In this document: positions 1-10,400 of the stretch, piece after piece | How positions within the stretch are numbered: position 1 is the stretch's first letter | Layout: every line of letters begins with the position of its first letter | NCBI GenBank assembly: GCA_045863295.1 | Contig: BTWA01000026.1 | Coordinates: 1 to 64,000 of the forward strand | DNA from: Candidatus Hydrogenedentota bacterium | Lineage (GTDB): Bacteria > Hydrogenedentota > Hydrogenedentia > Hydrogenedentales > SLHB01 | DNA: 64,000 nucleotides | Direction of reading: 5' to 3' | Notes under the pieces: generated by a model | What the model was told of the DNA's origin: nothing | The model's input: only the letters and a program-made list of their open reading frames with translations | Databases searched by the model: none | Translations under genes and position numbers: made by a program

Positions 1-46
1 AGGGTCTCCTGACCCTGACACGCCCCCGACCGCAGGTCTCCTCCCC

Positions 47-397
47 TCACCCCCGCAATATCTTCTCCATCTTCTTCCCCTTCGCCAACTCATCGATCAA
101 CTTATCCAAATACCGAATCTTCTTCATCAATGGATCAGGCACATCCTCCACCCGCACCCCACACACCACACCCTTGATCAACGTACAGTTCGGATGCATT
201 TGAGGCGCCTCAGCGAAGAACGTCTCAAAACTCACCTCCCGATCGATCTGCCGCTGCAACCCCGCCTCGTCATACCCCGTCAACCAGCAGATGATTTGAT
301 GGACCTCCGCCTGCGTGCGCCCCTTCCGCTCCGCCTTATGCACATAATGGGGATACACACCCGAGAACTTCATTTTGAACACGCGGGTATTGTCCAT
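47..397 (-). CDS. DUF2200 family protein
   Basis: 116-aa ORF. Motifs '[24 protein letters not shown]', '[11 protein letters not shown]' and '[21 protein letters not shown]' match DUF2200 as recalled. Confidence 0.85.
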   Translation of the reverse strand: MDNTRVFKMKFSGVYPHYVHKAERKGRTQAEVHQIICWLTGYDEAGLQRQIDREVSFETFFAEAPQMHPNCTLIKGVVCGVRVEDVPDPLMKKIRYLDKLIDELAKGKKMEKILRG

Positions 398-494
398 GTC
401 TTATTCCTATCTCTCTTGCACAAAATGAGGGGTCACCTTGGAAGGCATAATAAAACGACGGCGCGCACCCACACAAAGAACAGCGTCCATACCG

Positions 495-1451
495 TCACAC
501 CTGCCCCTCCCCCTCCCACTTCGGTGGATGGGCCTGCACATCCGGCCGCGGACCGCGGATAGCCGCGCCACGTTGCAGGTTGATCAGCCCGGTCTTCAAC
601 ACCTCGTGCGGATCGGGTGGCATATGCAGTTCCGCCTGCCCCTCAGGCGTCAGATCGGTGTCCACTTCCCGCCGCAACGCATGCTCCACCGCGCTCGTCT
701 CCACCGGACCGTCATCTTCCCCCGGCTCCGGAATCATCTGCCGGATATGCCGGTACTCCGACATCAACCGCATCAGCGTGCGCATACCCGGCCCTGGCCG
801 ATCCGCGCTGGCTTTGGCTTCCGCCTGCGCCACGGCGCCGTCGCGCCCCATGGCTGCCAGCGAACGCGACATCATGACATGCAGAAGTGCCATAAAATGG
901 GCCAACTGCCGGTCCACGGCCCTGGGGTCCTGTCGGCCGTCTGCGAAAGCCAGGTTGTCCGACAGCATCGCGTTATACTCGGCCAACTCGAATGGACACA
1001 CCGGCCGCTCTTGCTTATCCAAAGCTTCGATATCCGGCCCGGCGCAAGGACAGCTCTGCCATACCGCGCACTGTGGACCGCACACCATCAATCGGCGCGA
1101 GTACAGTCCATGCACCACGGCGTTCCGGTTGCCTTTGTCCGCGCCCGTGAAATCGTAACCGCCATGAAACCGGCAGCGCCCGTTCGGGTGTTGGGCGCGA
1201 ATGGTGCAGACACCACCAGCAGTGGATCGCGCACCACAAACACGCCGGCCAAGCTCTGTCTCTTTCTCGTTGACGGTCTTGATCCAGGCGGAATCCCATG
1301 CGCGTGAACAAGGTGTCCCCAACTCTGTCGTCCGTTTCTCGTCCGTCTCCCGCGCCTTGTTTACCTTGGCCACATGATCCTGGACATGCAGCGCGGCACG
1401 CGTAAAACCGGTCTTCAGAATCTCAAATGCGGAATCGATGTTGTCTGACAT
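495..1451 (-). CDS. Hypothetical protein with HGGxSTG-like Cys/His motif
   Basis: Contains 'CGARSTAGGVC...PNGRCRFHGG..TG...GNRNAVVHGLYS'. Start moved to ATG 1451, which follows GGAGG. Confidence 0.65.
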   Translation of the reverse strand: MSDNIDSAFEILKTGFTRAALHVQDHVAKVNKARETDEKRTTELGTPCSRAWDSAWIKTVNEKETELGRRVCGARSTAGGVCTIRAQHPNGRCRFHGGYDFTGADKGNRNAVVHGLYSRRLMVCGPQCAVWQSCPCAGPDIEALDKQERPVCPFELAEYNAMLSDNLAFADGRQDPRAVDRQLAHFMALLHVMMSRSLAAMGRDGAVAQAEAKASADRPGPGMRTLMRLMSEYRHIRQMIPEPGEDDGPVETSAVEHALRREVDTDLTPEGQAELHMPPDPHEVLKTGLINLQRGAAIRGPRPDVQAHPPKWEGEGQV

Positions 1452-1620
1452 GAATAGTACCTCCACTATTAAGGCCAACGCGCTGCACTCACGTGCCTCG
1501 AATCACTGGGAAATTCCTGCCAGTGCAACGCCGTAGCCTATTTAATAGACGCACATTGCAGCGTGTACATTTTTGTAAGGGGTTGTTTCGCGTGGAAGGA
1601 ATCGACTATGAAGTCTGGGA

Positions 1621-1661
1621 CAAAACAAGAGCGGCACGAGATCCATGGGCCTCGTGCCGCT
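1621..1661 (-). terminator. Intrinsic terminator downstream of the DapA-family gene
   Basis: Perfect 11-bp stem AGCGGCACGAG / CTCGTGCCGCT (1630-1661), followed on the minus strand by CTTGTTTTG. Confidence 0.7.
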
Positions 1662-1692
1662 AGCCGCGCAATCGGCGGTTGAACGTCTTCGG

Positions 1693-2586
1693 CTACACCA
1701 AACCCGCGTCCTTTACGCCTTTGGCGAATGCCTTCGCTTCGGCTGCGCTGAGCTCGCGTTGGGGCGGACGCACAAACCCGGAGTCGACACCCTTCAAACG
1801 CAGGCCTTCCTTGTAAAACGCTACACGTGCGCCGTAGTGATAGAGCTTGCAGGCGTTGCTCAACTTGATCTGACTCGCCCACGCCTTCTTCCAATCGCCT
1901 TTTTGGGCCGCGCCGTATATCTCCAGAAAGATCTCCGGCACCACGTTCGCCGTGCTGGAGACACTGCCCTGGGCGCCCGCTGCATAGGCCTGCATGCTGT
2001 ATTCGTCGACACCGTTGATGACGGCGAAATCCTTGGGCTTGCCCGCGAGCACTTCGTTCAACGCAGAAATGCTTCCCCCGCTGTCTTTCATGCCGATGAT
2101 GTTCTCTACTTCTTTTGCCAGTTTGATGGTGACGGCCGGTTTGAGCACGTTCTTTGCGCAGCCCGGAATGTTGTACAACAGGATCGGAAATCCTTTGACA
2201 GAGGCGGCCACCAGTTTGTAGTGATTGGTAATCGCATCGTCGTCCAATGTGTAAAACCCGGGCACGACCACGCCAGCGGCGGCGGCTCCGGCTTGTGCCG
2301 CATGTTCAGTGAGTTCGATCGTGGAGGGCGTGTCGAAATTGCCGGTGTGTGCGATGACCTTGAGGTGCTTTCCAACGGCCGCAATGACCGTTTCAAGCAG
2401 TTTCTTGCGTTCGGCAACGCTCATCAACATGCCTTCGCCTGTCGTACCGGCAATAAACAGGCCTTGCACTTTCTTCTTGGCCAGATGCTGGGCAACGCCC
2501 GCGGCCTTTTCGTAATCTACTTGTTTGCCGCCTTTGGTAAAGGGCGTGACCATTGCGGGAATGATGCCTTCAATACGGATACTCAT
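1693..2586 (-). CDS. Dihydrodipicolinate synthase / N-acetylneuraminate lyase family protein
   Basis: 297 aa with 'GIIPAMVTPF', 'GTTGEG', 'LYNIP' and the Schiff-base Lys motif 'GMKDS'. Confidence 0.9.
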   Translation of the reverse strand: MSIRIEGIIPAMVTPFTKGGKQVDYEKAAGVAQHLAKKKVQGLFIAGTTGEGMLMSVAERKKLLETVIAAVGKHLKVIAHTGNFDTPSTIELTEHAAQAGAAAAGVVVPGFYTLDDDAITNHYKLVAASVKGFPILLYNIPGCAKNVLKPAVTIKLAKEVENIIGMKDSGGSISALNEVLAGKPKDFAVINGVDEYSMQAYAAGAQGSVSSTANVVPEIFLEIYGAAQKGDWKKAWASQIKLSNACKLYHYGARVAFYKEGLRLKGVDSGFVRPPQRELSAAEAKAFAKGVKDAGLV

Positions 2587-2601
2587 AGCGAACCCCCTTG
2601 A

Positions 2602-3981
2602 TTACCAGCCATAGCGTTCCGGTCCCCACGGCTTGGTGATGTGTTCTTGTTTGGTTAACAGCAGCGTGCGCTCGGGCACGTCTTCCTTCACGATGACGCC
2701 CGGTCCGACGCACGAGTAATAGCCCACCTTTACGCCGGGCATGAAAATCGCATTTACGCCCGTACGGCAATAGTCGCCAATATAAGTCTTTTCTCCATAC
2801 GCCTCGGGAATCTCGCGGTGGCCGCAGACGTCGTGCTCGCGAATGGCATTGTCGAACCGCCATGTTCCGCATACGGATGCCGCACCGATATCAACAGCGG
2901 TGCCCATTATGCCGGAGATGGAACAGTAGTGATAGAAATACACGGTGTCAAAACAGAGTCCATTGAATTCAGCGCAGTGACTCACTACACACTCGTTGCC
3001 CAGCACGGTGTTGTGTCCGACAAGGCCGTAATCTTCACAACGGGTTCTGGCGCCAATGTAGTTCCCGCCTCGTAAAATCGCGCCGTTGATAATGGAGGAC
3101 CCTTCTTCAAGAATAGCGTTGCCGCCAATGCGGCATCCCTTGCCTATCCGGGCGCGCGGTCCCAACTTCAGCTTCGCGCCCTCGGCGACGTCCGCGCCAT
3201 CGTGTATGGAAGCCCCTTCGCCAAGCTCGATGCCGGTCATGCTATCGAACGTATGATTCAACACGGCCCGATTGGCCATCAGCAGGTGCCACGGGCGATC
3301 GACATCGACGAAGAAGTCATTGGCCGTGATGCTGCGCACCGGGATCCCTGCTTTGTGCATTGCATCCAGACAGAGCGCGAGATCGCCTTCGAGGGGAGGC
3401 ATGGCGCCGATGCCGGCATTCGTCATAATGCCGGGGTCGCGCTCGTAATTGTGCTTCAACTGTCCGGCTTTCGCAACCATAAACCCAGCAAAACGGGGTT
3501 GGCTCCTCTCCCCCCTGCCCTGCACGGCTGTGACTAATCCACGCGAGTCAGATTCGATCGTGGTGTAGTGGGCCGTCGTGTTTCCCGCCGGTGCAACAAG
3601 CGCAACGGGCGCATTTCCCTCGTCATAAGCAGCGATAAGTCGCGTAAGTGAGTCAGTAGAGGTGATGCAGTCTGCGCAGGCAATCAGCACATCGTCCGTT
3701 TCAACCGCCTGCAATCCGCACAGGGCGGCATGCACCGGGCCATTGTTGGATTTCTGATCGACAAACCGAATGCCTTCCAAATCTCCAAGACAGGCCCGGA
3801 CGGCTTCCGAACGGTGTCCTGTGACCACGACTTGGCGCGTGACGCCGATAGCGGCAAGATCCAGCGCGAGACGGCGAACCATCGGCACATTGGCGATGGG
3901 CAGTGTGACCTTTTGGCGGATACCGCAGTACGGCCATGCGCCTCGGCCTTCCCCGGCGGCAAGTATGACAGCGGTTTTCAT
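2602..3981 (-). CDS. GlmU-like sugar-phosphate nucleotidyltransferase with C-terminal left-handed beta-helix
   Basis: N-terminal 'AVILAAGEG...K..LPIAN.PM', then 'DVDRPWHLL.AN', then hexapeptide repeats. Ends 15 bp before the DapA-like gene, so probably co-transcribed. Confidence 0.8.
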   Translation of the reverse strand: MKTAVILAAGEGRGAWPYCGIRQKVTLPIANVPMVRRLALDLAAIGVTRQVVVTGHRSEAVRACLGDLEGIRFVDQKSNNGPVHAALCGLQAVETDDVLIACADCITSTDSLTRLIAAYDEGNAPVALVAPAGNTTAHYTTIESDSRGLVTAVQGRGERSQPRFAGFMVAKAGQLKHNYERDPGIMTNAGIGAMPPLEGDLALCLDAMHKAGIPVRSITANDFFVDVDRPWHLLMANRAVLNHTFDSMTGIELGEGASIHDGADVAEGAKLKLGPRARIGKGCRIGGNAILEEGSSIINGAILRGGNYIGARTRCEDYGLVGHNTVLGNECVVSHCAEFNGLCFDTVYFYHYCSISGIMGTAVDIGAASVCGTWRFDNAIREHDVCGHREIPEAYGEKTYIGDYCRTGVNAIFMPGVKVGYYSCVGPGVIVKEDVPERTLLLTKQEHITKPWGPERYGW

Positions 3982-4257
3982 TACGATTCCTTACACAGCG
4001 CGGCCGTGCCGCCGGTTGCGATTCATACGTGTCCCAATTCGCGCGAGGGCCGTTGGATTGCGCTGCACCGGCGCGGCGGCAATTTGGGGCAAAAACCGCG
4101 AGTCAAGGCGTACTGATCCCGGATTATACGTTCGCAGCGAGAATGGAGGCAACTTGGGAGTGCCGTACAATTCGCGATAGACTCGGCGGCCATGGGTAAT
4201 GGGTTGCAAACGAGGCTATCTCCTTCGGGAAAACGCGACGCACATGGGTGATCTGCC

Positions 4258-6609
4258 ATGAACCGGCCGGTGGTCTGGGTTGCCGCGGGTATCGCGGCGG
4301 GCACTTTTCTGGCCGCTCACGGCGTGCTGGGAAGCTTCCTGTCCAGCGGTTTTCTTTTCGCATTCGCCATTGCCGTCATTGCCGGCTTTAAGCGCTATCG
4401 AATCGCGGCGGTTGTGGCGGTAATTTTGCTTTTTTGCGGGGTTGCCGCCATGAACTGGAACTTCCGCCGTGCTTCGTTCGAATGGGACGCATTGAGCCGG
4501 TATCTCCTGCGCCTTTCGCCTGCGTACATGACCGTAACCGGCCGCGTGGCGACATCGGACATCGTTCTCCCGGACGACGAGTATACCTCCTTTGTACTGG
4601 ACGTAACCGAAGTACATGCCGAAGGCCATTCCAAAGCGATACCCGGACGAATGCTGGTCCGTTGGACGGGGGCATCGAATCCCGTCTATCCAGGGGAAAC
4701 CATCTCGATTCGCGGCGAACCCGACATTCGCCTGGGATCTGTCAACTTTGATATCTCCGGGGTGGAGGAATACTACCGCCGAAACGGTGTGCATTCGCTG
4801 CTGAGCGTAAGCGGTTCGGGTTCCTACGAGCACCGGAGCGACGCGCCGTGGTGGTGGGTGCCCTACTGGGCGGGACTGTTACGTCAGAAACAAGCGGAAA
4901 CCTTTTCCGCAGTGACGCCGCCCAAGGGGCTGCCATTCGTTCTCGCGGTATGGCTGGGCGATCGGGGGACGCTTCGACAGGATGAACTGGAATCTTATGT
5001 CCGCACCGGCACGGCCCATATCCTATCGGTGTCCGGTGTCCACGTCAGCATCGTCTATGTAAGTCTGGAGTTTCTCCTCGCGCTATTCGTCCGCAAGCGA
5101 TGGATTCGTACAATAGTAATCCTCGCGGCAATTGTCCTCTTCACTCTGATGGCTGGGGCGCGTGTCTCAAGTGTACGCGCGATGCTGATGATTGCCTGTT
5201 ATCTGGCGGCCGATTTGGTAAATCGTGAGCGCGATGCGCCCACGGCTTTGAGCCTGTCCCTCATTGTCATCGTACTACGGAATCCGCTGTTGCTGTTCGA
5301 TGTGGGTTTTCTCCTGTCTTTCAGCAGTGTGGCGTCTATTTTGCTTTTCCAGGATCCCGTGCAGCGGGCGATTGCCGATACACGGCTTACATTCTTCGGC
5401 GCGGGGTTGACGGCAATAACGGTACAGTTGCTACCGCTGCCGCTCGCAATTCGATACTTCCATATTCTCCCCGTAACGGGCGTGGTCGCGAATTTGTTAA
5501 TCATACCGCTCTTGACATTGATTCTTTGGCTATGTCTGATGACATCACTGTGCGCACTGGTATCCATGCGGTTTGCGATGCTATTCGGACATGCCTTATT
5601 ACCGCTGGTGGAGTCGGTCCGATGGATTGCAGGGAGCTTTGCAAGCCTTGGGCCTTCCATTCTGTTGCCGACGCCAACGGCATGGGCCATAGGATTCTGC
5701 TGGGTCGCCACACTCGCGCTGGCATACCTGATATGGCGGCGAGAACACTGGCGGCGAGGAATGAGCCTCGCCCTTGTCGCACTTGTATCAGCAATCGTTT
5801 TATGGCGGCCTCTAACCGTACAACCGCAAGTGGTCTTTCTTGACGTTGGCCACGGCGACGCCGCACTCATCGTGGATCCTTCCGGGGATACAACGTTGGT
5901 TGATGGGGGTAACCGAATAGAAAATATTGACTTAGGCAAGGAGGTCGTGGCGCCCACCCTCTGGGCCATGGGTTATTCCCGCGTTGACCGGATAGTCGTA
6001 TCTCACTCGGATTTGGACCACTTAGGTGGTCTGTTCTATATCCTTGACCACTTTGATGTTGGCGAGGTCATCTTGGGATTCCACCCGTCCGGGAGGACTA
6101 TGGAGACCGATTTTGTGAGTATGTGCACAAACAAGGGGATTCCAGTCCGCCGGGTAATGCGTGGCGACCGGCTATATTTTGGGACGAGTTCCGCCCACAT
6201 CATCCATCCCCCAGAATCCTGGCCAAGCGGGGCAGGAGTAAACAATGCCAGCGTGGTAATGAACGTAAACTGGCAGGGCCAACAGATACTTTTTACCGGC
6301 GACATTGAGACATTTGCTGAAGACAGCCTAAAGGAACTGGATTGCACGGCCAACATCCTCAAGTCCCCTCACCACGGGTCTGATACCTCCAATTCTCAAC
6401 AATTCTTGGAATCTGTTCGACCCGATTGGGCGGTGATATCTACCGGTCCTCAGCGTACCAACCGGGGCCTTGACCGATCGATAATAGAACGTTTCCACGC
6501 CAATTCCATTGATACGCTGCGCACGGACCGGCACGGGGCCGTACGTGTAACTGTAACAAATGGAGAACTTTACATAGATCACGCACGCAAACTACCCTCC
6601 CTGGAATAG
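4258..6609 (+). CDS. comEC: ComEC/Rec2 DNA-uptake competence protein
   Basis: Multi-TM competence domain 'GTAHILSVSGVHV' plus metallo-beta-lactamase domain motifs 'LDVGHGDA', 'SHSDLDH.GG', 'LFTGD', 'PHHGS'. Confidence 0.93.
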   Translation: MNRPVVWVAAGIAAGTFLAAHGVLGSFLSSGFLFAFAIAVIAGFKRYRIAAVVAVILLFCGVAAMNWNFRRASFEWDALSRYLLRLSPAYMTVTGRVATSDIVLPDDEYTSFVLDVTEVHAEGHSKAIPGRMLVRWTGASNPVYPGETISIRGEPDIRLGSVNFDISGVEEYYRRNGVHSLLSVSGSGSYEHRSDAPWWWVPYWAGLLRQKQAETFSAVTPPKGLPFVLAVWLGDRGTLRQDELESYVRTGTAHILSVSGVHVSIVYVSLEFLLALFVRKRWIRTIVILAAIVLFTLMAGARVSSVRAMLMIACYLAADLVNRERDAPTALSLSLIVIVLRNPLLLFDVGFLLSFSSVASILLFQDPVQRAIADTRLTFFGAGLTAITVQLLPLPLAIRYFHILPVTGVVANLLIIPLLTLILWLCLMTSLCALVSMRFAMLFGHALLPLVESVRWIAGSFASLGPSILLPTPTAWAIGFCWVATLALAYLIWRREHWRRGMSLALVALVSAIVLWRPLTVQPQVVFLDVGHGDAALIVDPSGDTTLVDGGNRIENIDLGKEVVAPTLWAMGYSRVDRIVVSHSDLDHLGGLFYILDHFDVGEVILGFHPSGRTMETDFVSMCTNKGIPVRRVMRGDRLYFGTSSAHIIHPPESWPSGAGVNNASVVMNVNWQGQQILFTGDIETFAEDSLKELDCTANILKSPHHGSDTSNSQQFLESVRPDWAVISTGPQRTNRGLDRSIIERFHANSIDTLRTDRHGAVRVTVTNGELYIDHARKLPSLE

Positions 6610-6696
6610 CCCAACGTGCGAGCGCCACCCCTATCCGCCGTATGCAGCAATATGGCGTGTAAACTTCACACGACGCTCCGTTCGTCGAGGGCCTGT

Positions 6697-6725
6697 TTGA
6701 CTTACGCTTCTTTGGAGCCTATACT
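6697..6725 (+). promoter_or_regulatory. sigma-70 promoter of tRNA-fMet
   Basis: TTGACT - 17 nt - TATACT, ending 16 nt before the tRNA. Confidence 0.75.
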
Positions 6726-6741
6726 ACCCCTTCGTACATGA

Positions 6742-6822
<81 letters not shown>

Positions 6823-6830
6823 AACCTTAT

Positions 6831-6866
6831 GCGGCACACAGAGTTATGTGTGTCGTTTTTCTTTTT
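6831..6866 (+). terminator. Terminator-like hairpin after the tRNA
   Basis: GCGGCACACA-gagtta-TGTGTGTCGT (two G:U pairs) followed by TTTTCTTTTT. Confidence 0.65.
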
Positions 6867-7141
6867 CTGCACTTGTCGTCCAGTCTGGTGTACTGCAAAC
6901 TGCGTCACGCGCTTTAATCCCTACCAATAGCGTATCGTTTGTGCTGTCTTTTCTGGCACATGGTCGATCACAAGAAGCGCGAAACTTGCTCAAGCATGCA
7001 CGGCAATTGGAGACACACAGTCTATGCGAAGTACGTGTCGTTGTCCTATTTGTCTGAGCCTCTTGTTAGACATAGAACCCGAAGGGTACCAGAAATCGCA
7101 CGTACCCCTGTCTGCATACTAAGAGATAACCTTTCACCGTT

Positions 7142-7237
7142 AGCTTCGTCAAACAAAATGAGCTTGCGGCGCTTCGGCTGGCACAGGGGCAACACCGTCA
7201 CGGCCTCGTGGAAGTCTTCGGTTAGTCTAAAGATGAC
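7142..7237 (-). pseudogene. Decayed third copy of the WD40-cassette N-terminal module
   Basis: Not in the ORF track. Translates VIFRLTEDFHEAVTVLPLCQPKRRKLILFDEA, 16/32 identical to MIFDLARDFRDALATIPRDHPKRRTLELFEEA. GGAGG lies 6 nt upstream of a GTC codon at the start position; similarity is lost after codon 32. Confidence 0.75.
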
Positions 7238-7490
7238 AGCTCACCTCCGCCATTCCGATACGACCTCACGCTCTCAAGAAAAAACTCTTGAACTCCTAGG
7301 TCCGCGGTGAATGTGTCGCGCTTGCGGTTGGGTGTCAGAAGGAATTCGCCGTAGTGTAAGGCCGTCCCGTGGATCAATGCGGCGGGACGCTGCATCTTGT
7401 GCCATAAATATATGTCAATCGACAAGGAACATCGATTCGAAACGGGACTCGCAGGCGTACAACACCGATTTCATTTCCATCACTGGCACC

Positions 7491-10400
7491 TCAGCGACGC
7501 CAAGGTCCTGACGGTGCCAGTTCCAGAAAATGGACTTCCCCCGCCTCGGTGCCTGCGTATATACGCGACCCAAACACCGCGCATGAAGTCATGGGAGTGC
7601 TGTTGACCCACATCGCCAGACATTCTCCGCTTTCCAAATCCCACAACCTGAGCGTACAGTCCTCACTGACGGACACCGCGCGGCGCCCATCAGCGAGGAC
7701 CGCAACCTCCCACACGGCGCCATGGTGTCCGGGAAGCGTTCGCATGCAAACGCCCGTATTCAGATCCCACAGCCTCACCGTCTTGTCTTCGCTTCCTGAA
7801 CATGCGCGGTGCCCATCCCCGTATACGGCAACCGAACGCACCCAAGCTTTGTGGCCCGTCATAGTCAGTAATCGCGTTCCTTTCTCCAGGTCCCAGACAA
7901 TGATTTGCCCATCCTCCCCGGAAGAGACTAGCTGGCGGTCATTATTAAACGCGGCGAGAGCATCTACCAAGCCGGTGTGCCCACTTAGCGTGCGTGACCG
8001 GACCTGGGTCGTTAGATCCCAGACATAAATGGGGCCAACATTCCTACCTGGAATCCTGGAACCAGTAACCACTTGCCGGCCGCCACCAATAACCGCAATC
8101 GCTCCTATGTCGAATCCCTTAATCATTTGCAGGCCGTCGCCGCTGCCCAAATCCCAGAGTTTGACTGAACTAGGCGCAATTGGTCCCGCCGATACCGCGC
8201 GAAGTCCGTCAGGGAGAAGAGCCAACGACCAGATGGAGTGATTTCCGCTTATCGTTTGTCTGCACGCCCCGCTCGATGTATCCCAGAGCTTTAGAGTACC
8301 CTCCACGCTTCCCGAAAGTAAGGTTCCTCCATCGAGTGAGACAGCAAGCGATGTAACTTCCTGAAAGTGCGCTTCGCCTTTGTCCTCACTGGGGACATCC
8401 AAGTCCCACATCTTGATCACGCGATCAGATCCGCTCGAGAGCAGACGACGCCCGTTTCTGAGAGGAGACAAGGCGTATATGCATCCTTGGTGCCGCCCGA
8501 AATCGCGCAGGCACTTCCCATTCTTCAAGTCCCACAACTTGATGATGCCTTCATTTCCCGATCCTGTAACTGCATGTCGATTGTCCGGAAGGAGTGCGAC
8601 AGAAAAAAGTTGGCCACGATGCCCGTCGAGTGTTATCCGCTCCACACCCGCAACCAAGTCCATCACATGCAGGTTTCGTGGCCCGTCGCCTCCGAAGACG
8701 GCCACGCATCCATCGTGTGAGACTGAGACGTAGCGGACTCGGGAGTTAAAGCTCCTATCACAGGAACCTGTCTCAAGGTTCGCGACGAGTATTCCGCGTT
8801 CGTGCACGGAGACGACCCTGCGGCCGCTCATAAACGTGGCCGCTGAATAGACCGCGCCCAACTTCTCGTGGCCGAACGTGCCCAGGCATTCGCCAGTCTG
8901 CACGTCCCACATCTTAAGGGTCTTGTCGCTACTGCCCGACAAGAACCGGCCCGCCGGTAAACTGACCACGGCTGTGACACCACCCTCGTGCCCTTCATAC
9001 GTACGCAGGCACGTACCGGCTCTCAAGTCCCACAGCTTAATGGTCTTGTCCTGGCTGCCGGAAAATGCATGGAGTTCGTCCGGCAGTACCGCGAGGCATT
9101 TTATTTCCCCTTTGTGCCCTTCCATGGTACGCAGACATTCCCCCGTGGTGAGATCCCATACCTTGAGGGCGTAATGCTTCCCGGCTGGGGGGTGTTCGTA
9201 GCCGCTTGCCGAAAGAGCCTTGCGCCCACCCTCGAGAAACGCCACATCATGGACCGACCCAGAATGGCCCTCGAGGGTCATCATGCACGGGTGCGGAATT
9301 GGATCAAGTGGCCGTTGCAGCGACCGCAGCCAGGGTCTCTCAGGGCCATGTTTCGCAAGCCAAGCTTCGACGGAACGCGCCACGGCACCTTGCTGCGCGT
9401 AGGCATAGGCAGTCTGAAGGAAACAAATCTCGGGGCTGCTAACCGAAACTCGCTGCCAGAGGTGCGAGTTCTGAAAGTAGAAACGATACCACTCCTGAAA
9501 CGCAGGGTCTTTCCGTTCGAGTGCTGCCGCCGTTCTCTCGAATTCCGCTTTGACTGCATACGCTGCACGATTGCCGCCGGACTGGATTTGGGCAAAGTGA
9601 TATTCGAAACGGGTCAGCGCAGAGATCGAGCGATCTCGTTGGACCACATCTATGGACTCAGCGATTCCAGAGTCGGCCTCCAGTCTCGGTGGAGCGGGCG
9701 AGAAATGAGCGGATTCGCCGGACTGCCGCGGGCGCATGGATGCAAATGTACCAACTCGCACGCCTCCGATCGGAGGAACCTGCCCCACGGGCCTGCCAAC
9801 AGGCTTCCTCCTGACTTCCCTGGAAACGGGCACTTCCTGAACTTCCCTCATCCACGTGAAACGCCCTTGCATTGCGGCGTGTCTATCCGGAGCAACCGGT
9901 TCCAGATTTTTCTCGGCCGGAACCGGTTCTTCGCCACCTCTGGCGGTCATTTCCACGGCCGCGCAGTAGACATAGCTGGATCGCTTGCCGGTAGCCGCGA
10001 AAACGCTGGCATTCGGGTGTGGCGTGACGTAGCGCAAAGGTACCCGAAACCAGGCAGCGGCTTTCATGGCAGGCTCGATTTTCAAGACCGCCTCGTTCAA
10101 TTCTGAATCCAAGCCGAACCTGCCAATAGAGGGATTAAGTGGCGGCAACTCCGGGTTGCAGGTGGCCATCCATTCTTCATCGTTCCAAGGGGCCGAAGTC
10201 GTAGTTCCATCCGGAAGGATGGTTATCTCACCTGCCGGCTCCCCCTCATAAACACGGGGAGTGCGTTGGCAGTACATTCCTTTGGCATTCCAGAGTCGTA
10301 TCCCTTCCATTCCAGCCGTGCCAATAAGCGAACCATTGGGTGACCATTTGACCTGTAGACCAGAACCTTCGTGAGCTGTCACAAAACCGGCCGGCCGGCC

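Noticed and set aside
1..46. Short palindrome AGGGTC-TCCT-GACCCT as a REP element
   Set aside because: Single copy truncated at the window edge; no further copies noticed.
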